DNA of 64,000 nt from an uncultured Gammaproteobacteria bacterium (GCA_964512695.1 CAZEJU010000002.1:76233-140232), one strand, 5' to 3'. Positions 1 to 10,214 are shown, counted from the stretch's first letter. Notes: generated from the sequence alone by a model not told the origin. A program made the numbers and translations.

Positions 1-38
1 CACCAGATCCTGAAACGCAGAAAAATAAACCCCCTCTT

Positions 39-953
39 ATGGAAGATCTCTATAAGACACTTATGGGTATGGAAAATCCTGTAGCTAAAAATCTCGGCTA
101 TAGACTGGAAAAGTTTATTAAGGGTTCTGCTTCAGGAATTTTTAATCAACATTCAAACTTCGATTTAAAAAATCCATTAACTATTTTTTCTATCAGAAAC
201 CTTGAGGAAGAACTACGCCCTATCGCAATGCATATTATTCTTGATTTCGTTTGGACGAAAGTGAAGCGTTCTTTAAAACGGCGATTACTTATTCTTGATG
301 AGGCTTGGTATATGATGAAATATCAGGATTCAGCGAGTTTTGTCTATTCTCTTGCAAAGCGCGCCAGAAAATATTATCTAGGACTTACCACGGCCACACA
401 GGATGTTGAAGATTTCTTGAAAAATGAATATGGAAAAGCTGTATTAACCAACTCTTCTGTCCAAATTCTTCTTAAGCAAGGCACAGCTGAGGTCGATATG
501 GTAGGTGAAACATTTTATCTATCTGAAGGAGAACGGGAACTTCTTCTTGCAGCAGACGTCGGAGAAGGTTTATTCTTCGCGGGGAAAAATCATGTGGCTA
601 TGAAGGTAATCGCTGCGCCCTTCGAGTATCAGCTCATAACCTCAAACCCAGAAGAGCTTTTAAAAAGACAGCAAGAAGCACAAATGCAACAAATTAACTC
701 TCTACAGACCTCTACCGTTAGCACGCCACAGCCGGTAACACCGCGTCCAGCTAGTACGCCAACTGTTCAAGCTACGCAAACTCTTCCTTCTACTCAACAG
801 GCCTCACAGCCACAGGTCGTTCAACCAACACCAGCCCAGCAGCCTGCTCCCTCTAAACCCGCAGCGCAAGCACCTTCCCAACAACCTAATCAACCGACAG
901 GAAACCCTGACAACAAGAACGCATCATCTCCCTATGTATCTCCAATACCATAA
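39..953 (+). CDS. VirB4/TraC-like secretion ATPase, C-terminal part (gene begins before the window), with P/Q-rich tail
   Basis: Walker B LLILDEAW, RARKYYLGLTTATQD and GEGLFFAG motifs of VirB4 family; frame is open upstream of the ORF call. Confidence 0.85.
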   Translation: MEDLYKTLMGMENPVAKNLGYRLEKFIKGSASGIFNQHSNFDLKNPLTIFSIRNLEEELRPIAMHIILDFVWTKVKRSLKRRLLILDEAWYMMKYQDSASFVYSLAKRARKYYLGLTTATQDVEDFLKNEYGKAVLTNSSVQILLKQGTAEVDMVGETFYLSEGERELLLAADVGEGLFFAGKNHVAMKVIAAPFEYQLITSNPEELLKRQQEAQMQQINSLQTSTVSTPQPVTPRPASTPTVQATQTLPSTQQASQPQVVQPTPAQQPAPSKPAAQAPSQQPNQPTGNPDNKNASSPYVSPIP

Positions 954-975
954 TTTGCTACTATAGAGGTAGTCT

Positions 976-3900
976 ATGGACGAAAAGAATAAGATACTGA
1001 CATTTGAAGATTACCTCGCGAAGTATCCCGAATTAATGGGAGTACGAACCCTTGAAGAGTTCGATGCACTGTTGGCAGATTTACCGGAAAAGATACCTCA
1101 TGATTTATGGGATATTATAGAACCAACAATCGTTGAAAGGGCTGACATCAGTATTGATCACCCTCAAACGAAAAAAAAGACACCTGAGAGAAAGAAAGCT
1201 CCGTCTCCGTATGCTAACAAAGCTGTTACACATATCTCTGGAACAGTAAAACCCAAATCACTTGAAGAAAATCCAGAATACATTCGCTTACGGAATGATA
1301 GAAAGAGAGAATGGTTTGAAAACCGACCAGGTATTGATGAAGACGCCTTCGTGGCTCGAGCTTATTTTAACAATCTAGAAACAGACTCTAACCATCCAGT
1401 TGATACTCTCTTCCCTTTTAAAAAAGTCCACTCAGATTTTGAGGAAGAGATCCGTAAAGAGTTTTTTCAGCTACATCCTCAGGCTGAAAAGGAACATAAA
1501 GAGTTTGAGAGAACTCACAGATATAATAATCCCATCGAAGACCCGACATATTTGGGTTTTATGCTAACAGCCAAAAAGAGAGCTCGAGAATGGTATGACA
1601 GACAGCTTTCTGAAGGGATTACGCCCTCCCCTACACAACTTGAACATCAGTTCAGTATAGAAAGAGCAAAAGCACTAGCTACCTTTCAGAACGAACATCC
1701 TCTAAAAGCAGATATCTATCAGGAACAATTTGGATCAGTTGAGAAAGCAGTTAGCCAGGCTCGAAAAGAAACGGAGGGGAAAACCTCATCAGAAACGGAA
1801 GCGCCCCAAGAATCAACTACCTACCTTATTATTGATGAAAGCGCACGAAAAGACATGCCGCTTGTTTCATTCTCTCTTCCTTCCACAAAGCTAAGAAAAG
1901 ATCAGGAATACATTCAATTTCGAGAAGCGTTACGCAATGAAAAAATCAGGGTTTGGGAAAGAGATCATCCGGACAAAAAACCGTCCGACAGAGTCTATGA
2001 TGCTAAATTTACCAGTTATTTTGATCGTAATCCAGAAACAGGAGATTTGCCGTTTTATGAAGATGCTGAAAGAATATTTCGTGGTATGCGGCCTGAAAAA
2101 GCTGCTGCTTATGACGCGTTAGAGAGAAGGAGGGTTTATAACGATCCTTTCTCAGACCCTGTTTTTGTTCAGTATCTTAAACAATCGTCAAAAGCAGCCG
2201 AGAATGCTGTAAGAGAGGCTCGCAAAGCGAATCCGAAAATCACGCGTCCTGAAGAAGAAAGAATTTACCTTGTTGAGAGATACCGTTACAGTCTTACTTT
2301 TCATGTTTTGTTTCCTGAGAAAGCTGCTGGTTATGCAAAAGTTCACAGCCCTTTTACAAGCGTAGGCAACTACCGAAAAACCGTTGGAGAGAAAACACGT
2401 CTTTTCTCTTCCTCTTCAACGCAACACAAGGCAACAGGTGAGTCCTATGATGACATTTTTAAATCTGTGACTGGTGGAGCTGTACCGAGTTCACATGCTG
2501 AAAAGCTTCCCTTTTCAAAGCCTCAAATTTCTCCTTCCGAAGAGACTGAGGAATGGGAAGAGGAAGAGGCAAGCGATAATCGTTTATATAATACGAGCGG
2601 TTCTACAAATTATAATGATGCTCGTAGCGAAAGGCCGGATAGAAGAAGAGAACCTCTCTCTAGAAGAGCAAGAGAGGCACAACGATCAATAAATAGAGCC
2701 CGCCAACGAATCCAAAACGCCAAGAAATTAGCTGAGAGAGGGCGAAAGGTCGCTCAGCTAGCACAACGCTTCGAAAAAGCGGCTCAGGTAGCCAGGGTTG
2801 CAGGTACTTTTATAGCAAGTCCTGAGTTCATCGTTGTCGTTATAATTATTTTAGTCATTTTACTGTTTTTCATTATTTTCAGTAGCATGATGAGTTCTAC
2901 CAACATCGAGCAGAGACGAGGCTATATAGATGATAGGACGCTAGCAAGAGTATCTATTCTGAAACAAGGACCAAGTATCGTAACTATACCAAGAAAATTA
3001 GTTCCACTACCAGACGATCCTTTTAACACAGAGCCTGACTGGGATAAGGTTTATGTAACCTATAGAATGAATGTTACGTATCCCGGAATCGCAGAAGATG
3101 TCATTATCGCTGAAGCTGTGCCTGAAGGAACTGAAATAATTACAAATGATGATCCTACTACACCTAGCATTGAAGAAACTACCGAACCGTTTAAGCGTCT
3201 TGATGAAAATGGAGAGGCTGTCAGAAATAACAGAGATACAAGAGTTATAGAGTGGTCGTTAAAAGACTTACAAGATCCGGTACGAGTAGCAACCCCAAAC
3301 CCTTCTCAGCCTGTTAGAAACGTTACAGCATATACCAACCCTCCCTATAATTTCCCCGCTCCTTCAGGCACATCGGACACTACGTATTCAGATGCCGAGC
3401 TTACCCGGTTAAATGAGCTGGGTGGAAGAGTTAGAAAGTATGATTCGTATCTACTCGGAATTGTTAACAGTAATAGCGAGTATACCGATCCTTTCCTTTC
3501 TGTAATTTGGGCAGGCGCGATTGCAAAAACAGGTGGTGATCCATATTACTGGAAATGCGGATCCCGAAGAGTAAACGATGGTTGTTCTTCTGGAGCCTTC
3601 TCGTCTGGAGAGTGGTTAACAGGGCATGCAATGCCCGTGAACAAAGCAACTGACAGTCTTTACAGTGTTTTTGCTGCAGTATATGGTGTTAGCGGCGCAG
3701 AGAATCCTGATCGGGTTAGAGAAATAGGTCAACGTGTTGTAGATTTTTCAGGTAGTTCTCCTCTCGGAGGTATTCAGAACCCTATTACCTTCCCCAGCAA
3801 ACGACTTGGATTACTTATAGATGAAGCAAAAGCTGGCAACTCAGAAGCTCAACAAGCGGTCGCGATATTACTTATGGATCCAGATATCGCAGCGCTTTCA

Positions 3901-4608
3901 CTTGCACGAATGATTGCGCTTGACATATCCCGAAATAATGACTGGGCATCAACGCTGCGTGGTTATGGATATTCTGATATACAAACATATGCAAATAGAT
4001 TGAACGCAATTATTCAAAAATACTCAGGAACTATTGTCGGAAAATTTGATTCTGAAGAAATTGTTGTTACATTTAAAATCCCTTCTGACATGTGGATAGC
4101 GAACACAGCAGTAGGAACTGTCATAGGCGCTCAAAGAACAGATGATCGGAGTCCCTCACAACTGCCTAATGATGAAAACTGCAATGGTTTTTATACGCTA
4201 AACAATAAAATTCATAAAAACTTCGGTGACCCTGGATGTGATTACAAAAGCGATAAAGATAAAGCAAAGCAAGAATTAATCGCGAGATTAGGAGCAGATA
4301 ATCCCGATGTTAATAAATGGGCTCTTGTCGTAATCCCTTGTGAAAGCGGCTATAATGCAAACGCATATGCTTCACATGAAAGTATAGGAACTCCTGATAA
4401 AGGTGGCGCTTGGGGTATGTTTCAAATGGGTAGCTGCATAGACGCTCCAGGATCCGGATGTGATGGAAAAAATGGTCCTTATGATAAGGGTGATGTAAAC
4501 TGGCAGCTGCAAATTCGAAACGCTGTAGAATATAATAGAATTTTAGAGAGAAATCGTCGAAAGTGGCAGTACTGGGCATGTGCTAAACGATATTGGGGAC
4601 AACCATGA
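976..4608 (+). CDS. Large membrane-anchored protein with duplicated N-terminal region and C-terminal lytic transglycosylase/lysozyme-like domain
   Basis: TM segment FIVVVIIILVILLFFIIF; C-terminal CESGYNANA...GAWGMFQ...W.YWAC SLT-like motifs. Confidence 0.65.
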   Translation: MDEKNKILTFEDYLAKYPELMGVRTLEEFDALLADLPEKIPHDLWDIIEPTIVERADISIDHPQTKKKTPERKKAPSPYANKAVTHISGTVKPKSLEENPEYIRLRNDRKREWFENRPGIDEDAFVARAYFNNLETDSNHPVDTLFPFKKVHSDFEEEIRKEFFQLHPQAEKEHKEFERTHRYNNPIEDPTYLGFMLTAKKRAREWYDRQLSEGITPSPTQLEHQFSIERAKALATFQNEHPLKADIYQEQFGSVEKAVSQARKETEGKTSSETEAPQESTTYLIIDESARKDMPLVSFSLPSTKLRKDQEYIQFREALRNEKIRVWERDHPDKKPSDRVYDAKFTSYFDRNPETGDLPFYEDAERIFRGMRPEKAAAYDALERRRVYNDPFSDPVFVQYLKQSSKAAENAVREARKANPKITRPEEERIYLVERYRYSLTFHVLFPEKAAGYAKVHSPFTSVGNYRKTVGEKTRLFSSSSTQHKATGESYDDIFKSVTGGAVPSSHAEKLPFSKPQISPSEETEEWEEEEASDNRLYNTSGSTNYNDARSERPDRRREPLSRRAREAQRSINRARQRIQNAKKLAERGRKVAQLAQRFEKAAQVARVAGTFIASPEFIVVVIIILVILLFFIIFSSMMSSTNIEQRRGYIDDRTLARVSILKQGPSIVTIPRKLVPLPDDPFNTEPDWDKVYVTYRMNVTYPGIAEDVIIAEAVPEGTEIITNDDPTTPSIEETTEPFKRLDENGEAVRNNRDTRVIEWSLKDLQDPVRVATPNPSQPVRNVTAYTNPPYNFPAPSGTSDTTYSDAELTRLNELGGRVRKYDSYLLGIVNSNSEYTDPFLSVIWAGAIAKTGGDPYYWKCGSRRVNDGCSSGAFSSGEWLTGHAMPVNKATDSLYSVFAAVYGVSGAENPDRVREIGQRVVDFSGSSPLGGIQNPITFPSKRLGLLIDEAKAGNSEAQQAVAILLMDPDIAALSLARMIALDISRNNDWASTLRGYGYSDIQTYANRLNAIIQKYSGTIVGKFDSEEIVVTFKIPSDMWIANTAVGTVIGAQRTDDRSPSQLPNDENCNGFYTLNNKIHKNFGDPGCDYKSDKDKAKQELIARLGADNPDVNKWALVVIPCESGYNANAYASHESIGTPDKGGAWGMFQMGSCIDAPGSGCDGKNGPYDKGDVNWQLQIRNAVEYNRILERNRRKWQYWACAKRYWGQP

Positions 4609-5156
4609 AAAATCTATTAGAAATATTGTCGGACAAAAGGTTAAAATATATTCTTGTTGGAATTCCATTGTTACTAGTCATCTATGTTTTTCTATTAGGG
4701 TCTAGGCCTCAAAGAAACATTACGAATCGGCCTATTACGCCTACTCCTACTTCAGGAACTTCGGCAATAGTAACTGCGCCTCTTACAAAAGACTATTATG
4801 ATCCTGATGCAATGGATAGATTTATTAACACTATAGAGACACCTGTCCCTTTATCCCGAGCAGACCAGTTAGCCAAACAAAATATCATTAATCAGTTAAA
4901 TAAACAGTCCGGAATCACACAGCGAACCTCCGAATACATAATTGAATATGTTAATAGTTCAGATGTCTTTATGGTAGAGATAACAACTATTGATGTTGCT
5001 TCGGCAAAACAGCAGGTTAAAAATTGGTTCTTAGGCAATGGCTTTAGTAGTGAATCGTTGTGTACCATGCCTGTTATCTTTTATTTGAATTTTGAAATAG
5101 CCAATATTTTTAGAAATGAAGGAAGAACCTTCAGTCCACTTGCAGAGGGATGCTAA
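4605..5156 (+). CDS. Membrane-anchored hypothetical protein (T4SS-cluster associated)
   Basis: ATG overlaps upstream TGA (ATGA at 4605-4608); N-terminal TM helix, P/T linker. Confidence 0.7.
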   Translation: MKNLLEILSDKRLKYILVGIPLLLVIYVFLLGSRPQRNITNRPITPTPTSGTSAIVTAPLTKDYYDPDAMDRFINTIETPVPLSRADQLAKQNIINQLNKQSGITQRTSEYIIEYVNSSDVFMVEITTIDVASAKQQVKNWFLGNGFSSESLCTMPVIFYLNFEIANIFRNEGRTFSPLAEGC

Positions 5157-5190
5157 TAATTTTGTCATTTGCTATACTATTTTTACATTT

Positions 5191-5919
5191 ATGAAAAGAC
5201 TTATTTCAGTCTTGTTACTACTCTCTTCTTTTCTACAATACCCTTCTCTCAGCCATGCACAAATATCTGAAAGTAATTGTGTTCTAACGCAGGTAGGAAA
5301 TCCTGCTGCTCCATCTCCAAACTGTGGAAAGAAAAGCACAACGTTAATAACTGAAGCATCAGACTATATCCGTCAAGGGTATGTAAAGTGTGGAAGACCA
5401 AGTGGAGCAACGTATCTCTACGATGGATTAGGAGGCTGCTTAAGAGGTGAACTACAGAGACTTTCTGGAAATAAATATACAGACATACAGCTTCAAGCTT
5501 TTGAAGCTGTAAGAAGAAGCGTTATTGCAAATAATTGTTCACAGTGCATAGGATATGTAAAATCTGTATTAGCGCTTGTTGATGAATCTACTTCTCCTAT
5601 TCCGGGATCGACAAACGCTAACACTGTTATCAACTCGGCTACAAATGGTAATTTTATGTCTGGGAGATATAGGTATACCCTTGTTGGACGTGGTACCGCT
5701 GCAGACATTCAGCCTGGCGATGTAGGAGCAACAAACGAAGGGGTCTGGGGGCATATTTTAATAGTTAAGCAAGTACATAATAATACTCACTTTTACGCAT
5801 ACGAATCTCATTGGCATTTAAGCTGTGGTGTTACTGATAATGTTTTGCATCCAAAAGCTAATCCTCAGACAGGTGCTGAATATTATTTCTACAGGAGACA
5901 AGATACGCCTGCTACATAA
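5191..5919 (+). CDS. Secreted CHAP/NlpC-P60-like amidase
   Basis: Signal peptide MKRLISVLLLLSS; QCIGYV catalytic Cys, PGDV, WGHILIV His, YESHW. Confidence 0.7.
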   Translation: MKRLISVLLLLSSFLQYPSLSHAQISESNCVLTQVGNPAAPSPNCGKKSTTLITEASDYIRQGYVKCGRPSGATYLYDGLGGCLRGELQRLSGNKYTDIQLQAFEAVRRSVIANNCSQCIGYVKSVLALVDESTSPIPGSTNANTVINSATNGNFMSGRYRYTLVGRGTAADIQPGDVGATNEGVWGHILIVKQVHNNTHFYAYESHWHLSCGVTDNVLHPKANPQTGAEYYFYRRQDTPAT

Positions 5920-5921
5920 TT

Positions 5922-6644
5922 ATGAACAAATATTTTTTCTTATTAAAACAGAATCGAATTCTTTTCATAGGAGCTTTTATACTCTTCTTTCTCTTATTTT
6001 TTTTCATTGTTTCTTCTTTTACACGTTTTGCTCCTCTACATAATCCTGATGGATCTCTACAAAACAATACGCCCTCGTTAACTCCTACAATTATACAAAC
6101 GCAGAAATCTTTCCGGATTTTAAAAACTAATCCTGCATTAGGCGAAAACAATATTTATCCTGGAGAAATTATTATAACCATAACAACTAATGAACCTGTT
6201 GTTTCCGTCAAGAATATCTCACTCTCATTCTCTCCAGAACTTCCTTCTTCGTCGTATTGGAAGTTCACGAACTTTTTTCCTAGCAAAACTCTTACAGCAC
6301 AGATTTATGGTGGGCTTCAATTAAATACACAATATACTGTAACCATTAAGAATTCTCTGAACCAAGATATATATGATTGGTTTTTCATAACCTCAGGTGA
6401 GACGCCAGAAAATAACACGCAACTTGTAAGAGAATCTGAAGAAGAGGCTAATAAAAAATACTTTCCTTTAATTAAATATGTGCCTTACTCCACAAGTACT
6501 TTCTCTATTGATTATGTCGATGGACTTATTCTCGAAGTCAAGATGAAGGGAACAAATGAAGGAGAAATAAAAAGACAAGTCACAGACTGGATACGTAACA
6601 GAGGAGTTGACCCTTCTACTCATACAATACGATATACAAGATAA
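5922..6644 (+). CDS. Membrane-anchored protein with Ig-like (Big_5-like) domain
   Basis: N-terminal TM; TNP...IIITITTNEPV...LQLNTQYTVTI pattern. Confidence 0.6.
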   Translation: MNKYFFLLKQNRILFIGAFILFFLLFFFIVSSFTRFAPLHNPDGSLQNNTPSLTPTIIQTQKSFRILKTNPALGENNIYPGEIIITITTNEPVVSVKNISLSFSPELPSSSYWKFTNFFPSKTLTAQIYGGLQLNTQYTVTIKNSLNQDIYDWFFITSGETPENNTQLVRESEEEANKKYFPLIKYVPYSTSTFSIDYVDGLILEVKMKGTNEGEIKRQVTDWIRNRGVDPSTHTIRYTR

Positions 6645-7766
6645 CTATTCATGAAGCCTAATAGGCATAATTAAGTGAAGGTATGATTCATCTTCTGCTA
6701 TTTTAAATACCCCTGGATTTAGAGGTCCGGTCATAGCAAATTCCAATCTATCAGCGTTTACATTACCAAGTAAATCCATAAGATATCGCGCATTAAACGC
6801 TATCTCATTCTCCTCTCCTTTTAATGTCGCTTCAACCGTGACTGTATTTTCTCCAGCTGAAGCTGTTTTAGAAGAAACAATAATACTTTCTTTCTTAAGG
6901 GAAAGAGTAATAATATTCGCGTTATCTCGAGCAAAAATTGAACATATCTTAACAGCTTTTAACATTTCTTCACGATCGAAAAAAGATTGGGCTGAGAAAT
7001 CTCCTGGAATAATCTTTTGATAATTAGGATATGTTGCTTCTATTAGCCTACCTACCAGAATAGTCTCCCCCATATCAAAAAGGACTTGATTACTTGTTTT
7101 AGCTATATACATAATAACCTCCTCTTTTTCTTCTCGTATAGCATGAAGCTCTCTAAATAACCTGGCTGGAATTATCATGGAAATATCATTATTGACAGGT
7201 TGTTCCTGGTCGTTTTTAATGACCGCATGTCTTTTTAAAGAAAGCCTATATCCATCTGTAGCCACTAATAAAAAACCTTCTGTTTCCTGCTTAACTAAAA
7301 GACCTGAAAGCGCTGGCTTCGTAGTATCAGTACTAGCAGCAAAAACAATTGATGAAATATCTTTCCTTAGTTGTTCAGCGTGTAATGTGGCACTTAATAC
7401 TCCTCTTTCTTCATAAAGCTTTGGGAATTCTTCTTTAGGAATCGTTTGGAAAACACTTTTTGTTTTTTTTGATGTAACATGAACGTTTTGATCTGTCGAC
7501 TCTACTGTAATTGTTTCTATGGGTAAAGAGTTTATTAGTTCTGTGAATGTTTTTGCAGGAATAGTTACTACTCCGGGTTCATCAATCGTTGCTTTACAGA
7601 ATGTCTCAATGCCTATTTCTAAATCTGTACTGCTAAGAACAATTTTGTTTTCTTGTGTCTCTAAGAGAAAGTTTTGGAGGACTGGGAGTTGGGTTTTTGA
7701 AGAGATAGCATGATTTATAAACGCAAGCTTTTTTTGTAACTGTTCAGTATTTATATGAATCTTCAT
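6645..7766 (-). CDS. dnaN: DNA polymerase III beta clamp
   Basis: STDLEIG, ATDGYRL, AFNARYL, LIMPIR motifs; downstream of dnaA. Confidence 0.98.
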   Translation of the reverse strand: MKIHINTEQLQKKLAFINHAISSKTQLPVLQNFLLETQENKIVLSSTDLEIGIETFCKATIDEPGVVTIPAKTFTELINSLPIETITVESTDQNVHVTSKKTKSVFQTIPKEEFPKLYEERGVLSATLHAEQLRKDISSIVFAASTDTTKPALSGLLVKQETEGFLLVATDGYRLSLKRHAVIKNDQEQPVNNDISMIIPARLFRELHAIREEKEEVIMYIAKTSNQVLFDMGETILVGRLIEATYPNYQKIIPGDFSAQSFFDREEMLKAVKICSIFARDNANIITLSLKKESIIVSSKTASAGENTVTVEATLKGEENEIAFNARYLMDLLGNVNADRLEFAMTGPLNPGVFKIAEDESYLHLIMPIRLHE

Positions 7767-7789
7767 ATATTACAATTTGTTGTTGTAGT

Positions 7790-8038
7790 AGTGTATATGG
7801 AAATGTGGAAAAAATCAACAAGTTTTATCCTGTAAGACTAGTGGCGAGAATCAGAACAGAAATTTTTTGTTGTAATAATATATATATGCGTCATGGCTAA
7901 TCAAATGGGGAATATTCGTTGATAAAAATGTGGATAATATGTGGAAAGCTATATTCTCAACATTCTTAATACTTTTACACATATAACTGTTGAGTAATCC
8001 TCTCAATATCCTCATTTATTGCAGCCTTGTTTTCCACA
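7790..8038. promoter_or_regulatory. Putative oriC region with DnaA boxes and AT-rich tract
   Basis: TGTGGAAAA 7804-7812, perfect TGTGGATAA 7929-7937, TGTGGAAAG 7940-7948, TTTTCCACA 8030-8038, (TA)n run ~7877-7887, between dnaA and dnaN. Confidence 0.75.
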
Positions 8039-9327
8039 AGATGCTCTATTTTCTCCACACCATGCATAATCGTTGTATGGTCTCTCCCTCCAAGCAGGTT
8101 GCCAATCTCAACAAGTGTAAGGGAAAGCTTCGTTTTTAGAAGGTACATGGTAATTTGTCGTGCTTTAACAAGTGAGGCTTCTCTTTTTGGGCCTCTTAAT
8201 TGGGTTGGTTTAATATTATAGTACGTACAAACATTTTTAATAACATCTTCTGCATGAAGATGTGGCTTAGTGTCTCCGACTTCTCTACCCAATGCCTGAG
8301 AGATTACGCTCACAGTAAGAGGAACGTTTTTCGTAGTAGCGATAGTTACTGTGCGTAATAAAAGCCCTTCTAACGTTCTTGCATCTGTTGCTTGTTCTGC
8401 GAGAAACTTTGCCACATCTATAGGTAGATCGATATTATACTTTCTGGCTTTAATGAGCAAAATCGCAGTTTTAAGTTCGAAATCAGGAGCTCCTATATCT
8501 ACTGTGAGGCCACCAGCAAATCGCGATGACAACCTTTTCTCCAGTTTCTTAATCTCTTCAGGTGGGCGGTCAGAAGAAAGAACAATTTGCGCTCCTTGAT
8601 CAATAAGTATATTAAAAGTATGGAATAGCTCTTCTTGTACCCGCTCTTTACCTTCTATAAATTGAATATCATCAATAAGCAGTAATATCGCTGATCTGAA
8701 GCGCTTCTTCATCTTTGCAGTTTCATTTGTACGGATTGCTTCAACCACCTCGTTTGTAAACTCTTCACTCGTTATGTAAATAATCTTTCTGTCTGGCTGT
8801 TTTTGATAAACATCATTTGCAATTGCGTGCATAAGGTGCGTTTTTCCTACTCCCACTGGACCATAAATAAAAAAAGGATTGTAGGAAGTCCCTGGATTTC
8901 CGGCTACAGTTGATGCAGACACAAAAGCTAATTGGTTACTGGAAGATACAGCGAAGTTCTGAAATGTAAAATCCGGCCGTACTCGTGGTAAGTGTCCAAT
9001 AACGAGTGAGGTAGGTTTTTGAACTGGTGCTTGAACAAAAAGAGGTGTATGTTCTTCTTCTATCTCTGTAGCCTGTATGGATTTAACAATAAAGAGAATG
9101 GAACTTTGTAAACCGGTTATGGTATCAATATGGGTTTTTATTCGCTCAGAAAACCTTCTTTGCAACATATCAACAATCATTGGGGAAGGTGCTGCGATGG
9201 TAGCTATCTCGTCGGCAAATGAAATAAGTGACGTTTGTTTAAATAATGTTAAAAAGTTAGCACGAGAAACTTCTTTTTCAATTTCTATTAAAACCTTTTG
9301 CCAAATGTTTTGTGGATCAGCCTCCAT
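7975..9327 (-). CDS. dnaA: Chromosomal replication initiator DnaA (start likely MEADPQ at 9327)
   Basis: YNPFFIYGPVGVGKTHL, LLIDDIQF, GGRDHTTIMH. Confidence 0.98.
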   Translation of the reverse strand: MEADPQNIWQKVLIEIEKEVSRANFLTLFKQTSLISFADEIATIAAPSPMIVDMLQRRFSERIKTHIDTITGLQSSILFIVKSIQATEIEEEHTPLFVQAPVQKPTSLVIGHLPRVRPDFTFQNFAVSSSNQLAFVSASTVAGNPGTSYNPFFIYGPVGVGKTHLMHAIANDVYQKQPDRKIIYITSEEFTNEVVEAIRTNETAKMKKRFRSAILLLIDDIQFIEGKERVQEELFHTFNILIDQGAQIVLSSDRPPEEIKKLEKRLSSRFAGGLTVDIGAPDFELKTAILLIKARKYNIDLPIDVAKFLAEQATDARTLEGLLLRTVTIATTKNVPLTVSVISQALGREVGDTKPHLHAEDVIKNVCTYYNIKPTQLRGPKREASLVKARQITMYLLKTKLSLTLVEIGNLLGGRDHTTIMHGVEKIEHLVENKAAINEDIERITQQLYV

Positions 9328-9369
9328 ATATAAACCTAGAGATAAAGTCGATACAAAGCAGTGTACTAA

Positions 9370-9378
9370 TGTGGATAA
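9370..9378 (-). promoter_or_regulatory. DnaA box upstream of dnaA (autoregulation or second origin arm)
   Basis: Perfect TTATCCACA on the minus strand. Confidence 0.75.
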
Positions 9379-9491
9379 CTTTTTGTCAAGAAGGAGTTTT
9401 TCTACGAAAGAATAGTCTACCATTTGATGTTTGAAGCTTAACTCGAGTAGGACTTGTGGTTCTCTCCCCTACTTTGCTATACTATACAGAT

Positions 9492-9626
9492 ATGGAAAAA
9501 TTTGTTACCCTAAAAAAGGTTCGCCGAAAAAGAAAACATGGCTTTCTTGCTCGTATGGCTTCTCATACTGGTAGAAAGGTAATAAGTCGACGACAAAAAA
9601 CTGGAAGAAAGAGAATAACAGTCTAA
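9492..9626 (+). CDS. rpmH: 50S ribosomal protein L34 (missing from ORF track)
   Basis: Translates [44 protein letters not shown]; canonical position before rnpA. Confidence 0.95.
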   Translation: MEKFVTLKKVRRKRKHGFLARMASHTGRKVISRRQKTGRKRITV

Positions 9627-9636
9627 CTAATTCTGC

Positions 9637-9966
9637 ATGATACCACGCGAACATCGTCTTCCGGCAAGCGTAGTTTTTCAGAACACATTCAGTGTCTCTT
9701 CTCAATCATTCCTTTTTAAATACGCAAAAAACAATTTGGATGGAAATAGATATGCATTTGTGGTATCCAAAAAAGTTTGTAAAACAGCAGTGGCAAGAAA
9801 TAGGGTGAGAAGAAGAGTTCGAGCCTGGGTAGAGTCTAATATGCCGAACATTAAGCCTGGTTATGATATCTTATTAATTATCAGACAGGACTTATCCAGT
9901 ATTACGTACCAAGACATAAAAGAAGAGTTACAAACGGTTTTTACAAAAGCAAGTTTATTGTTATGA
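9637..9966 (+). CDS. rnpA: Ribonuclease P protein component
   Basis: VVSKKV..AVARNRVRR motif, synteny. Confidence 0.95.
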   Translation: MIPREHRLPASVVFQNTFSVSSQSFLFKYAKNNLDGNRYAFVVSKKVCKTAVARNRVRRRVRAWVESNMPNIKPGYDILLIIRQDLSSITYQDIKEELQTVFTKASLLL

Positions 9967-10181
9967 AGCACTTCATAATTCTTGTTATAACGTTTTATCA
10001 ATATACTATCTCGCCTTTTATAAAACAAACGCTCGGGGTTAGGGGGATGTGTCGTTATAACCCCTCTTGTTCTGCATATGCGAAGAATTCTATTGAGAAA
10101 TATGGTATTATTAAAGGCAGCTATTTGGCATTACGAAGATTGTTACGTTGTCAGCCGTGGTTTACTGGAAACAACTCTTAG
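9963..10181 (+). CDS. yidD: Membrane protein insertion efficiency factor
   Basis: CRYNPSCSAY...RLLRCQPW. Confidence 0.95.
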   Translation: MKHFIILVITFYQYTISPFIKQTLGVRGMCRYNPSCSAYAKNSIEKYGIIKGSYLALRRLLRCQPWFTGNNS

Positions 10182-10214
10182 TGTACTAGCTGCCATAAAA
10201 AATAGTAAATTTGT

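Noticed and set aside
680-950. Repeat element in the P/Q/T-rich tail of the VirB4-like gene
   Set aside because: Low-complexity protein linker without a regular DNA repeat unit
9328-9423. N-terminal extension of DnaA in the ORF track
   Set aside because: Runs through a DnaA box and promoter region; MEADPQ at 9327 fits domain I
9505-9705. 66-aa minus-strand ORF
   Set aside because: Shadow of rpmH and rnpA
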